From a virus: a stretch of 64,000 bases of DNA. How positions within the stretch are numbered: position 1 is the first letter of the stretch; the number at the start of each line of letters is the position of its first letter. This document shows, in pieces, positions 28,362 through 38,452 of this stretch. Location: IMG/VR virus record IMGVR_UViG_3300031951_000015, positions 110,668-174,667 of that record; one strand, written 5' to 3'. The translations under genes and the position numbers were made by a program. The notes below the pieces were generated by a model. It searched no databases. It was not told the origin of the DNA and saw only the letters and a list, made by a program, of their open reading frames with translations.

Positions 28362-28994
28362 TCATCCGAATGCAATTGAGAGTCTAACTGCTTCATCGAG
28401 AATGTTGTTTCCACCAACTCTGATCGCTGTTGAACTATTTATATCTCCATTCACATCCAGTTTATACGCTGGTGCAGCACTTCCGATCCCCACAGAACCA
28501 GTTTGAGTATCATATACAAATCTATCAGTTTGAGTAGAAACTCCAATAATTGAAGTGCTTGCTCCACCAACAAAAGCAATATCCTGAATTCGTGGAGTAA
28601 ATACTGTTGATATACTTAAAGATCCACCACCAGAAGCAGAAGCAGCGGCAATTGCAGTAAAGTCAACAACAATTGTAGATCCATAACCAGTAATACTGAT
28701 TCCAGTTCCTACAAAATTAATATCAGTAAATCCAACACCAATTCTATTGGTAACAATTCCAGACTGTGGATTTACTTGATCAGATCCTACACCAACACCA
28801 GCAACAAATAACTGACCATTTTTATAAAGGTCACGTGTGAAGTTTATGTCACCATAAACGTCAAGTTTATATTGGGGATTGGTTGTTCCAATACCAACAT
28901 AGGGAGTCGCAGTTGTAGCAATTCCAATATTTCTGCTGGAATCATCTACACTTATAAATGAACCTAGTTGCGATAACTCCCTATTATTTGCCAT
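28362..28994 (-). CDS. tail-fibre protein
   Basis: VGIGTTNP.YKLDV.GDIN repeats; C-terminal helix LSIAFG. Confidence 0.7.
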   Translation of the reverse strand: MANNRELSQLGSFISVDDSSRNIGIATTATPYVGIGTTNPQYKLDVYGDINFTRDLYKNGQLFVAGVGVGSDQVNPQSGIVTNRIGVGFTDINFVGTGISITGYGSTIVVDFTAIAAASASGGGSLSISTVFTPRIQDIAFVGGASTSIIGVSTQTDRFVYDTQTGSVGIGSAAPAYKLDVNGDINSSTAIRVGGNNILDEAVRLSIAFG

Positions 28995-29064
28995 CTTATA
29001 AGATTTCTCTTGTAGTTAGTCTTTATCTATAATATTTATCCTCACAAATTTCAGGCGAACAGTA

Positions 29065-29829
29065 TTATTCCAAATAAGTAACCTTTACCACAATTAACCC
29101 AGGTGATCCTGGACCACCAGGAGCACCACCAGAAGTATTACCATCATATTCTGCACCACCGCCACCGCCGCCACCACCAGCGCCATATCCAGTACCACCA
29201 GCACCACCTGTTCCACCATAACGAAATGCATTTCCACCAGCACTTGTAACTGTATATCCTGTTCCACCAGTTGTTCCAGATGTAGTTGGGATTGATGGTA
29301 AATTTTGTGCGGGTAAAGATCCATTTGATGAAAAATAAACTCCACCTGCTCCACCAATACCACCCTTTCCAGCAAATCCATCTCCTGGTGGAGATCCATC
29401 AGTACCTTTTGGATATGCAGTAATTGTGTAATCACTAAAAACATCTCTGACTGGTTGTGGAATTGTTAATAGAGTTCCACTTGGTCCAGGATTAGGTCCA
29501 GAAATTGGTGTTGGATAATTTGATCCCACGGATATAGGAACTGGACTAGATCCTGTTTGATTCAATAAAACGCTAACAAATCCACTCGATCCACCAGCAC
29601 CACCTTGTCCACCATTTGATGAGTATGATATTCCAGGTTGTCCTGCACTACCTCCACTACCAGCAGTAATACTAAAATAATCGACACTTTGCACCTGTGG
29701 AATAGATGCCAAGTCAAGAGTTCCTGGTGAAGTAAATTGAAAATATTTCTTTAACAGTCTACGTTGTGTTCTCTTTACAGGTTTTCCAATTCCTCTATTG
29801 AATCCAACTCTTGAAAATATTGGAGACAT
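29065..29829 (-). CDS. glycine-rich adhesin-like tail protein (divergent)
   Basis: MSPIFSR; FTSPGT; polyglycine; G.PGLIVV. Confidence 0.7.
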   Translation of the reverse strand: MSPIFSRVGFNRGIGKPVKRTQRRLLKKYFQFTSPGTLDLASIPQVQSVDYFSITAGSGGSAGQPGISYSSNGGQGGAGGSSGFVSVLLNQTGSSPVPISVGSNYPTPISGPNPGPSGTLLTIPQPVRDVFSDYTITAYPKGTDGSPPGDGFAGKGGIGGAGGVYFSSNGSLPAQNLPSIPTTSGTTGGTGYTVTSAGGNAFRYGGTGGAGGTGYGAGGGGGGGGAEYDGNTSGGAPGGPGSPGLIVVKVTYLE

Positions 29830-29831
29830 AA

Positions 29832-31400
29832 TTAACGATAACCTCCATTGACAACACCAAGAATATCATAGTTTGCAGTGCTGCTGGCAGATCCAATAGT
29901 GTTAATGCCGGTAAAACTATAAATGTCGTAACCACTTGTTGTCGTTACACCAGAAATAGATTCTAATAGAGATCCACCAAACCATTTAATTGTTTTTGAT
30001 ACACCGTTCAGTGTTATTGCAGTACAACTTCTTGCAACTCCAGTTTGATTTACAAAAACACTAAACGTAATAACGTGATTATCAAAATCAGAAGTTGTAG
30101 GAATACCTGTGACTGCTAATGTAATATTGCCAGTTGGATTGGTTGCAAATCCAATATTAGCGCCATTTGAATTATAAACTAAACTTACAGTGTTTCCATC
30201 TGCTCTTGTAAGTTTTTCGGCAACATTTACAAATCTCAATTCATTTGGAATGATTAATGAAGATCCACTAACTTCTAATACATGACCCATCAAGGAATGC
30301 ACTGTGCATTGATAATACAAAGAACTTGGTGTCGCTTCTGTTACAAATATTTCAGTGTATGCTCCTATACTTCCAGCAGTTCCGTTTGTAGTTACATTAG
30401 TTGAGTATAATGTATTTCTATTTGCATCCAAGTAAAATCTAAATGGGTGTCCAGAGTTTGAAGAGTCTGATTGATCAAAACGATAAGTTTTACCTGGAAG
30501 TAGTGTTAAAAATGGTGACTCTATACCATTCAAATAATATCCATTACCAGATCCACTTCCATAATAACGATGATTTGTTGTCTTCGAAGCAACCGTGACA
30601 GTATAAGTTAAAGTGGTTGAACTTGCCGCTCCAACCAAAGATTTATATCCTGATAGTTGTTCTGCTGTCGCAATGCCACTTACATTAATACTAGTGGATT
30701 GTATTTGAGTTAGTGTTGAAACACCAGAAGTTACAACCAATCCACCCGAATCAATTCTTACACCAGTTCTAGCAGTTACAAGTCCAATAGAATCAATATT
30801 TGTTACATCTTCATATGTCAATGTTCCAGCAATACTTACATTGCCACTGAAAGAAGCACTAGTAGCAGTTAAAAATCCAGAAACATTTAAATTATTTGTA
30901 GAAGTATCCCCTGTGATAGAAACCCCAGAACTAGTGGTTTCAATCTTTTTAGAATTATCATAATAAAGTTCTACTGATCCCCCACCTAGGAATCTTGCAA
31001 AAGTGTCATTTGTTGAGTGTTGTTTGAAATCAATATCAGATCCAGATACAATAAGAGATCCCGATCCAGTATCCTCAATATATGAGTTTGATCCATTATT
31101 ATAAATTCTTAAATCATTATTGTCGCCAATATTTAAATTATATCCGTTTCTAACTTGAACTGCACCATCAAATGTAGAAACACCAGTTACTCTTAAACTA
31201 GTTGCAGATACTGCTCCACCAACAACTGATGAAGATACACCACTAACATTAGCATATGTAGCAATTCCAGATGATGCAACAATCCCTGTTAGTTGACTTC
31301 CACTACCTACAAAAGAAGTTGCAGTTACAATTCCACCACTTATTGTGACGCCAGTTCCTACTTCGAGTCCATTTTTGACTCTAAAATTCTGATTAGCCAA
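29832..31400 (-). CDS. tail-fibre protein with cupredoxin-like insert
   Basis: TTG start, MANQNFRVKNGL; GHPF...LYYQCTVHSLMG; C-terminal domain paralogous to 4473..5378. Confidence 0.75.
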   Translation of the reverse strand: MANQNFRVKNGLEVGTGVTISGGIVTATSFVGSGSQLTGIVASSGIATYANVSGVSSSVVGGAVSATSLRVTGVSTFDGAVQVRNGYNLNIGDNNDLRIYNNGSNSYIEDTGSGSLIVSGSDIDFKQHSTNDTFARFLGGGSVELYYDNSKKIETTSSGVSITGDTSTNNLNVSGFLTATSASFSGNVSIAGTLTYEDVTNIDSIGLVTARTGVRIDSGGLVVTSGVSTLTQIQSTSINVSGIATAEQLSGYKSLVGAASSTTLTYTVTVASKTTNHRYYGSGSGNGYYLNGIESPFLTLLPGKTYRFDQSDSSNSGHPFRFYLDANRNTLYSTNVTTNGTAGSIGAYTEIFVTEATPSSLYYQCTVHSLMGHVLEVSGSSLIIPNELRFVNVAEKLTRADGNTVSLVYNSNGANIGFATNPTGNITLAVTGIPTTSDFDNHVITFSVFVNQTGVARSCTAITLNGVSKTIKWFGGSLLESISGVTTTSGYDIYSFTGINTIGSASSTANYDILGVVNGGYR

Positions 31401-31432
31401 GGTTCACTATCCCCTTAGTTTTTAGATATTTA

Positions 31433-34400
31433 TCAGACCTTAATTGCCGTGAACTTAATCTTATAGTTTGTTGCAATTGCTGCTGATGGAGTTACAAGTA
31501 AACGAATGTTTCCACCAGAGATGTCAACATCAAATGTTCCAAGTGAATCTATTGTAAAGACTGTTCCATACTCAGTGTTATATGCAATCAGACCGTCATG
31601 AATAACAAGTAACTTTGTTAGATGATATTTTAATCCTTGTGTTGCCTGAATAGTGTATTCAACTGAACGATATGTTGAAGATGATAGCGTATGAATTGCA
31701 GTCTGAGATGTTGTTGATGTTGTTGCAGTTACCGTGTAATCATTAACCCAATTAGAACCATTATATGTAAGATTTTCACCTGCCGCTGGTGGAAGATTTA
31801 AAGCAACATCAGAAAGTTCATCTAGGACTGATGCGCCACCACCACCACCGCCACCACCAACACTAGTCGTATTGTAAGAAACAAACTCAACAATATCATT
31901 AACAAAAGCAGGAGAACTCAGAGTAATTGTAGTTCCGTTTGTTGCAGTATACTCACTTGAAGTTAACTTAACACCATTAACAAATACATCAAGGAAGTTT
32001 ACATTATAAGCAAAACTAAATGATGTTTGACCATCTGTTGCAACATTGGTTTGGGTGGTTCTTAAAGTTGGGAATGTTGCCCAAGTAACACCAACACCAG
32101 TTGATTGTAAATATTGACCAGAGAATCCTGTTGTAGTTCCTGTGCTTATCGCACCAGTGAATGTAGAAACACCAGAAACACTTAATTGTGTAGGAGCAAA
32201 ATTAGTTCCACTTAAAGTATTTGTGGATGAGTTATAAACTAAATCGGAGTTCGTTGCCGATTGAGTCATTGTGCCAGTTGTCTGGCTGGTTAATACTAAT
32301 CTCTGAGTTCCAGATGCGGCATTTAATGTAGATCCAGTGTTAGCAAGATTTGAACCATCACCATAGAATGCAGTTGCACTTATGATACCAGTTGCTGGAT
32401 ATGCGGTAATTGCAGATCCAATATTGACAATATTATTAAATGTTGAAACACCAGTTACATTTAATGTAGTTGCACTAGCAACTCCAAGAGAACTTGTACC
32501 AGTAACAGTGATGTTGCGAACTGTTGCTTCATCAAATACAAGATCATTTTGAATGTATAGGTTTCCACCGACATAAAGATCACTACTAAATGTACCTACA
32601 CCAATAAATGTTGAAAGACCAGAAACACTAAGTTGATTGGAGAATAGTGATGTAGAAGTTGTAACTCCTAATGTGGTAATTCCAGTATTAACTACTAGAG
32701 AATCAAATGTAGGAGTATCTGATAAGCGAACAGTTGCAATACCATTTGGTTGTGGGTCTGCTGTCGCAATAATATTACTTCCTACAAAATCAAGAGTTGT
32801 AATACTTCCAGCAGTTCCTACAACAGATCCTTCATCTTTAACAATAAATCCGTTTAGGATATTATTAACAGAGAAGATACCTGGAACTTCTGCCCAAGTC
32901 CAACCACCTGCACCATCCGCCTTTGCAAGATATTCAGATCCACCAAAGTCAGTTCCATCAGGAGTCAGTTTTGGAGCATGAAGAGTTGCTAATGTCGAAA
33001 CACCAGAAACACTTAACTGGTTTCCAAAAATGGTTGAATTACTTGTAGTAATTCCAATGAATGTCGAAACACCAGAAACACTCAGTTGATTTGTGAAGAG
33101 TGTTTGTGTTGTAGTGGCACCAGATCCGAGTGTTGTAATTCCACTGATAATAACATCACCAATGACCTGCAATTTAGCAGTTGGATTTGTTGAACCAATA
33201 CCAAGATTGCCACTGGAAGGAACGTATCCAACCTCCGTATCAGCAATACCAATTGAAGTAACACCAATATTATTTGCAAAAGTTGGATAAACTGGTGATG
33301 CAGATAAGACCTGATTAACAACATTAAATGCATTAACACCAAAAAGGTTCGAACCATCTCCATAATATTTGATGGTTGTAACACCAGGATTTGATGATGT
33401 AATAATTCCAGATGAAATTGTTACTCCATCAATAGTTCCAATACCACTAATATTAATTTGTGGTGCTTGAATGGTATCATAAACTGTTATGCCATATCCA
33501 GTTGTTTCAAGACGCTTAACATTATTGTGATATAATTCAACAGCACCATTGTTTATAAAGCGTGCTTGATATTCACCCTGGGCAACATTATATACGTCAA
33601 CACCTACACCATCAGATGCAAGAACAAGACTTCCAACACCAGTTTCTCTTAGATAACTATTGGATCCATCGTGGAAAATTTGTAAGTCATTACCATCACC
33701 AAAATTAAGAACATCAGTATCACCAAAGTATGCATTTCCTCTAAATGTTGCTACACCAGCAATTTCTATATTTTTGGTATAGAGTTGTCCAGTAGTTGTG
33801 AATCCAAGAGTTGTAGTGTCAGTTACCGTTGCATTACGGGCAGTAAACTCATCAAAGAATAGATCATCTTTAATATAGAGATCACCACCAACATAAAGAT
33901 CTCCACCAGTAGTCGTAATACCACCAGCGGAAGAGAGAGTTGTGAGACCAGTTACATTCAGATCATTTGGAATGAGAACTGTTGGGGTGGATGTTGTAGT
34001 GAAGTTAATCGCTTGATATCCTTGCCCATTATTAATACTTGAAGCACCAATGGTTCCTTGGAATGCTACATTTCCAGATCCATTGTAAATGTAGAATGAG
34101 TTAGTTCCATCTGCTGCCTGAATAAAACCACTGCTAGGTCTAAAAGTATTTGCAGTGATAATACCAGTTGCATTTACGCTGATTGCTGATACAACACCAA
34201 CAGTTGTCAGTCCAGCGACATTCAGATTTCCAGTAATTGTTGCATTGCGAGCAGTAAACTCATCAAATACTAAGTCATCTTTTACATATAAGTCCCCACC
34301 AACATAAAGGTCTCCACCAGTTGTTGTGATACCACCAAGAGATGCAAGAGTTGAAACACCAGTTACATTCAGTTGCTGAGATTGTAAAGTTCCAAAGATA

Positions 34401-36184
34401 GTTGCACCATAACCAGTAGTTTCAACACGTTTTACACCGTCATGATATAAATCAACTGATCCATTATAAGTTGCACCTATTAATTTTTCAAAAAGATTTG
34501 ATGAATATACTTCAAAATTATTGGAAGTAATTCTAAGTCCAGTACTATAATCTCTTATATAATTTAATCCACCACCAACATTAGCATGATAAATCTGTAA
34601 ATCATTACTATCACCAAAGTGTAAAGTATCTCCATCACCAAAATATCCATTACTTTGGAATATGACATTACTTTGGAAAGTAGAAATGCCAGAAACATTC
34701 AACTGATCAGTAATATCAATCGTGCCAGCATTGGAATTAAGTATTAGATTTCCAGTGCTGGTATCAATCGTGTTATCATCAGCAATACCAATACGAATAT
34801 TATCAATTGTTGCTCCACCATTTGCATCAAGAAGTCCAGTGAATGTGGATACTCCTACAACTTCTAAATTATTTGAAAGAGTAACTTGGCCAGCAATATC
34901 CGCTCCACCATTTGCATCAAGAAGTCCAGTGAATGTAGAGACTCCTGAAACTTCTAAATTATTTGAAAGAGTAACTTGATCTACAAGTGTAACTTGACCA
35001 CTAATATTTGCTCCACCATTTGCATCAAGAAGTCCAGCAAAGGTAGTAACACCACTAATGTTGACATTATCAAGTTCAGTTTGTCCAGTTACATCAATGC
35101 CACCATTAGAATCAATAAGTCCAGTGAATGTGGATACTCCAACAACACTCAGATCACCTGAAAGAACTGCATTTCTAGCGTTAATCTCATCAGCGAAGAT
35201 ATCATCAGCAACATAAAGATCCGCACCAACGTAAAAATCAGTACCAGTGGTTGTGATACCAGAAAGAGTTGAAACACCAGTTACATTTAAATTCTGCGAT
35301 ACATTAATATTAGGAGTATTGATCGTATCATCAGTAAACTGAATATCCCTAACAGCAAAGCGAACACCATTAGGAACTAACGTTGAACCAATACCAACCG
35401 CATAGTTGAACATCCATGCATCGGTTGTTCCAAACCCATAAGAGTTTGCAGCAACCCACATCAATTGCTTATAAGTTTTGGGTAGTGTGCTAAATCCAGC
35501 AAGAGTTAGATCAACTAATGGAGAACCTTCGGTCGATGCAATCGCAATACCACCGTGATTTGCAGTTACATCATTTGAAATATCTTGCCCAAAAGCATCA
35601 GTCGTAACACCAAGAGTTATCTCTTTATCAAATACTTTTAAGTCTGCTGCTGTAATAACTGTTGCAGTTCCACCAATACTGAGGTTTCCTTCAATACGAA
35701 CATTATTGTGGAAGACTGCCTGAGTATCGTAAACATCAAAACCTGTCTGAACATTCAGGTTATTAATTGTGGCAATACCACTTACATTTAAATTATCAAG
35801 TTCAGTTTGTCCAGTTACATCTAATCCACCATTAGCATTGACTTGACCAGTAAGTGTTGAAATACCGGATGCTAAAAGATTTCTAGTAACAACATCGGCA
35901 CCAACAGTTGCACCACCACTGATGCTAACCCCACCAACATATAACTGATTTGCAACATATAAGTCATCACCAAATGTTCCGACACCAACAAATGTAGATG
36001 CACCACCTACATTTACATCACCAGTAATATTTGTAGATCCAACAACAAATAGTGAATGTTGTTGTGCATTGGTTGTCCCAATACCAACCTTCCCAATCGT
36101 CTGTAAGACTGTGCGGTTCTCGGTAACTGATGTAATACCAAGATTAAGATTCTGTTGTCTGCCGCTCTTATATGGTTGGGACAT
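31433..36184 (-). CDS. long tail-fibre protein (1583 aa)
   Basis: Many V(S/T)G(V/I)ST repeats, FGD..DLQI.H repeats, DVFVNGVKL domain, C-terminal YRSVEY.IQ...HDG...EYG domain. Confidence 0.85.
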   Translation of the reverse strand: MSQPYKSGRQQNLNLGITSVTENRTVLQTIGKVGIGTTNAQQHSLFVVGSTNITGDVNVGGASTFVGVGTFGDDLYVANQLYVGGVSISGGATVGADVVTRNLLASGISTLTGQVNANGGLDVTGQTELDNLNVSGIATINNLNVQTGFDVYDTQAVFHNNVRIEGNLSIGGTATVITAADLKVFDKEITLGVTTDAFGQDISNDVTANHGGIAIASTEGSPLVDLTLAGFSTLPKTYKQLMWVAANSYGFGTTDAWMFNYAVGIGSTLVPNGVRFAVRDIQFTDDTINTPNINVSQNLNVTGVSTLSGITTTGTDFYVGADLYVADDIFADEINARNAVLSGDLSVVGVSTFTGLIDSNGGIDVTGQTELDNVNISGVTTFAGLLDANGGANISGQVTLVDQVTLSNNLEVSGVSTFTGLLDANGGADIAGQVTLSNNLEVVGVSTFTGLLDANGGATIDNIRIGIADDNTIDTSTGNLILNSNAGTIDITDQLNVSGISTFQSNVIFQSNGYFGDGDTLHFGDSNDLQIYHANVGGGLNYIRDYSTGLRITSNNFEVYSSNLFEKLIGATYNGSVDLYHDGVKRVETTGYGATIFGTLQSQQLNVTGVSTLASLGGITTTGGDLYVGGDLYVKDDLVFDEFTARNATITGNLNVAGLTTVGVVSAISVNATGIITANTFRPSSGFIQAADGTNSFYIYNGSGNVAFQGTIGASSINNGQGYQAINFTTTSTPTVLIPNDLNVTGLTTLSSAGGITTTGGDLYVGGDLYIKDDLFFDEFTARNATVTDTTTLGFTTTGQLYTKNIEIAGVATFRGNAYFGDTDVLNFGDGNDLQIFHDGSNSYLRETGVGSLVLASDGVGVDVYNVAQGEYQARFINNGAVELYHNNVKRLETTGYGITVYDTIQAPQINISGIGTIDGVTISSGIITSSNPGVTTIKYYGDGSNLFGVNAFNVVNQVLSASPVYPTFANNIGVTSIGIADTEVGYVPSSGNLGIGSTNPTAKLQVIGDVIISGITTLGSGATTTQTLFTNQLSVSGVSTFIGITTSNSTIFGNQLSVSGVSTLATLHAPKLTPDGTDFGGSEYLAKADGAGGWTWAEVPGIFSVNNILNGFIVKDEGSVVGTAGSITTLDFVGSNIIATADPQPNGIATVRLSDTPTFDSLVVNTGITTLGVTTSTSLFSNQLSVSGLSTFIGVGTFSSDLYVGGNLYIQNDLVFDEATVRNITVTGTSSLGVASATTLNVTGVSTFNNIVNIGSAITAYPATGIISATAFYGDGSNLANTGSTLNAASGTQRLVLTSQTTGTMTQSATNSDLVYNSSTNTLSGTNFAPTQLSVSGVSTFTGAISTGTTTGFSGQYLQSTGVGVTWATFPTLRTTQTNVATDGQTSFSFAYNVNFLDVFVNGVKLTSSEYTATNGTTITLSSPAFVNDIVEFVSYNTTSVGGGGGGGGASVLDELSDVALNLPPAAGENLTYNGSNWVNDYTVTATTSTTSQTAIHTLSSSTYRSVEYTIQATQGLKYHLTKLLVIHDGLIAYNTEYGTVFTIDSLGTFDVDISGGNIRLLVTPSAAIATNYKIKFTAIKV
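34812..35040. repeat. tandem coding repeat (90 and 108 nt periods) in long tail fibre
   Basis: gctccaccatttgcatcaagaagtccag starts at 34812, 34902 and 35010; encodes GLLDANGGA...QVTLSNNLEV. Confidence 0.85.
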
Positions 36185-36192
36185 TTCTGATA

Positions 36193-36522
36193 TTAGTTAA
36201 GAGTTTCTAGGATGCTTCCGATGAATTTAATATTGGTGGCACTATTCGAACTAATCTGAATAGAATCACCACTTTCAAGAATCAATTTACCAAATAATAA
36301 ATTACTAGAATCATTTGCTGGTATTGGTAGATCTTTTACAATTTCAGTAGTTACCGAAGATCTTTTATGAGAAAAAGAAACGGTATGCGTATCAGATCCA
36401 ATATTTGCTGCCTGTGCTAGCAAAATAATTCCACTGTATCCGACAGGTGCAGTATAAATTCCGACAGTATTAACACCAACAACTTGTGTAATAGTCTGAT
36501 ATACGTTTAATGGTAATGGCAT
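36193..36522 (-). CDS. small beta-sandwich tail adaptor protein
   Basis: YTAP.GY..IILLAQ.ANI...IP.ND....GKLILE.GD; paralog of 28030..28356. Confidence 0.7.
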   Translation of the reverse strand: MPLPLNVYQTITQVVGVNTVGIYTAPVGYSGIILLAQAANIGSDTHTVSFSHKRSSVTTEIVKDLPIPANDSSNLLFGKLILESGDSIQISSNSATNIKFIGSILETLN

Positions 36523-36523
36523 T

Positions 36524-38395
36524 TTAATCTCCTCCTAATGCGAGTATAAATGGTGTCATTGTGGCAAACAAACTCTTAGAATAGAACGTACCAGAAATCG
36601 TTCCTGTAACTTGGTTAATCTGAACACCATCACCAATTCGGAAATTTCCTGATTGATCAGTGCTTGTATAAACAACTAGTCCACCATTTCTCGCATCAGT
36701 CTCATTTTCTTGAATAGGAACACCACCTTGTGCAGGTAAGCAAGAATTTATATTTGTTCCAGAACCAATATACTCAAAAGAATGTCCAGAAGCTAATACT
36801 CTACTTTGCTTAAAGAATGGAACTGTTGTTCCTACACCAACATTATATGGAATATTTTCATTCAATGTAACTGTACATATTCCAGATGATATTGGAGTAG
36901 ATCTGACTATTGAATAGTAAGTTGGAAGCAACTCTGCCGTACCCGTTGCTGTATTTATTCCAACATCAGGAGCGGAGAAAGTAACAGTTGGTGTTGAAGT
37001 ATAACCTCTACCATTGGATACCATTTCAATATTTGTAACTGATCCACCAACCAATTCTGCAACAGCAGTGGCAGTAACACCCCAATCATTTCCAGTGCTT
37101 GGATCTCCAATCGTAATAGTTGGAGTAGAGTTATATCCACTTCCAGGATTTGTAATATTAATATCATTAACAGTATAATATAAATTCTCAACATAAACGA
37201 CCTGACCATCAAAAGGTCTTATGATATCGACTGCAACTGTACCTCCACCAACATAAGTATGAGGAAGAGTTGATGCCCCAACATAAGCAGAGAAACTATT
37301 TGCTGCACCAACAGAATCAACAGTAAATACATATCCATAATTTCCAGTAGGATATGTCAACGTACCTGGTCCTGATGGGCAAGTAAATCCAAGACCAGCA
37401 ATTGTTACGCCCATTCCAACACTTAGATTGTGATCGGCGTTTGTTGTGATCGTTAAAAGTCCAGTTGTATTATTATAAGTTGCAGTTTGAACTCCAAGTG
37501 TTGGAGTTGATAGATCTAAAATAAGAGTATCGGAACCTGCATTTAGTGATGAGGTTATAATTCCAGTGTATTGTTTTGCACCAACACCATCAGCAACAAG
37601 AGCATAATTACCAAACGAAGCGTTAGAGTTTGTCAGATCACAAGCAGCGCCTGATCCACAATATACAGCAATATCATCACAAATTGTGAACAGAGAAACT
37701 AATTGAGCATATCCACTGTTTGTGATTGAGACTCCAATACCACCTTGATTATATTGAGTATAAGAGTCAACAACCATTGACTTCAATGGACCAATTGCTT
37801 TTGATCCGTCAATCTTCATTCCGATACTATTTGGAATAAAGTTTGTACAATTCTGAATGTATGGTGACTGTGCAAAATATTTGATTTCATTTGGATCAAA
37901 TGCAAAAATTGCCTTACCTGGATTCAGTGTTCCACTGTAAGACATTTCTGCAACATAGTTTCCAGGAGAAACGTAAAACAGATCTTGGTTTGCATTAGTA
38001 GGAACAACAGTGACTTCTCTTAAACTGTCACCGACAATACTAACCTGTGGTCCGATTGTAATTGGATTATCTTCTGTATAAGTTCCAGCAGATACTTTGA
38101 CAACTGTTCCTGGAATCGTTGACGCAATTGCTACTGCTGCTTTAATCGTTGCCTTTGCATCACCTAATTTCTTACCTGTGTTTGTATCGTTTCCGTCTTT
38201 TGTTACGTAGAGAATATTTGTAACGGAAACACCCGAACCGACTCTGACTACATCCGTTCCAATACCAGGACGTGCTCTAAGTGTAAAAAGATCAGCATCA
38301 AAAGTATTAAGAGCTAATTCACCTAGTTGTAAATCTGTTACCGCTGGCACCTTTCCGGGCACAGCAGATCTTTTAATTCTAAACGGAGTCGCCAT
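36524..38395 (-). CDS. tail-fibre protein with T4 gp36/37-like N-terminal hinge motif
   Basis: IKRS...KVP...L..GELALN..D..LF; YV...GND.N.G; SPYIQNCT; ITNPGSGY repeats; ends ILALGG. Confidence 0.8.
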   Translation of the reverse strand: MATPFRIKRSAVPGKVPAVTDLQLGELALNTFDADLFTLRARPGIGTDVVRVGSGVSVTNILYVTKDGNDTNTGKKLGDAKATIKAAVAIASTIPGTVVKVSAGTYTEDNPITIGPQVSIVGDSLREVTVVPTNANQDLFYVSPGNYVAEMSYSGTLNPGKAIFAFDPNEIKYFAQSPYIQNCTNFIPNSIGMKIDGSKAIGPLKSMVVDSYTQYNQGGIGVSITNSGYAQLVSLFTICDDIAVYCGSGAACDLTNSNASFGNYALVADGVGAKQYTGIITSSLNAGSDTLILDLSTPTLGVQTATYNNTTGLLTITTNADHNLSVGMGVTIAGLGFTCPSGPGTLTYPTGNYGYVFTVDSVGAANSFSAYVGASTLPHTYVGGGTVAVDIIRPFDGQVVYVENLYYTVNDINITNPGSGYNSTPTITIGDPSTGNDWGVTATAVAELVGGSVTNIEMVSNGRGYTSTPTVTFSAPDVGINTATGTAELLPTYYSIVRSTPISSGICTVTLNENIPYNVGVGTTVPFFKQSRVLASGHSFEYIGSGTNINSCLPAQGGVPIQENETDARNGGLVVYTSTDQSGNFRIGDGVQINQVTGTISGTFYSKSLFATMTPFILALGGD

Positions 38396-38452
38396 CTATT
38401 CGCATTCGGTATTTACCAAAATCAGCAGTATATACTGCTTTCATTTATTTAT

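Noticed and set aside
3061-29829. CCA/CCT-rich tracts as CRISPR arrays or microsatellites
   Set aside because: Reverse complement of polyglycine codons; no fixed repeat with unique spacers and no cas genes.
3061-38395. Diversity-generating retroelement or invertible shufflon
   Set aside because: No reverse transcriptase or recombinase in the window, all cassettes co-oriented, and no adenine-specific TR/VR pair seen.
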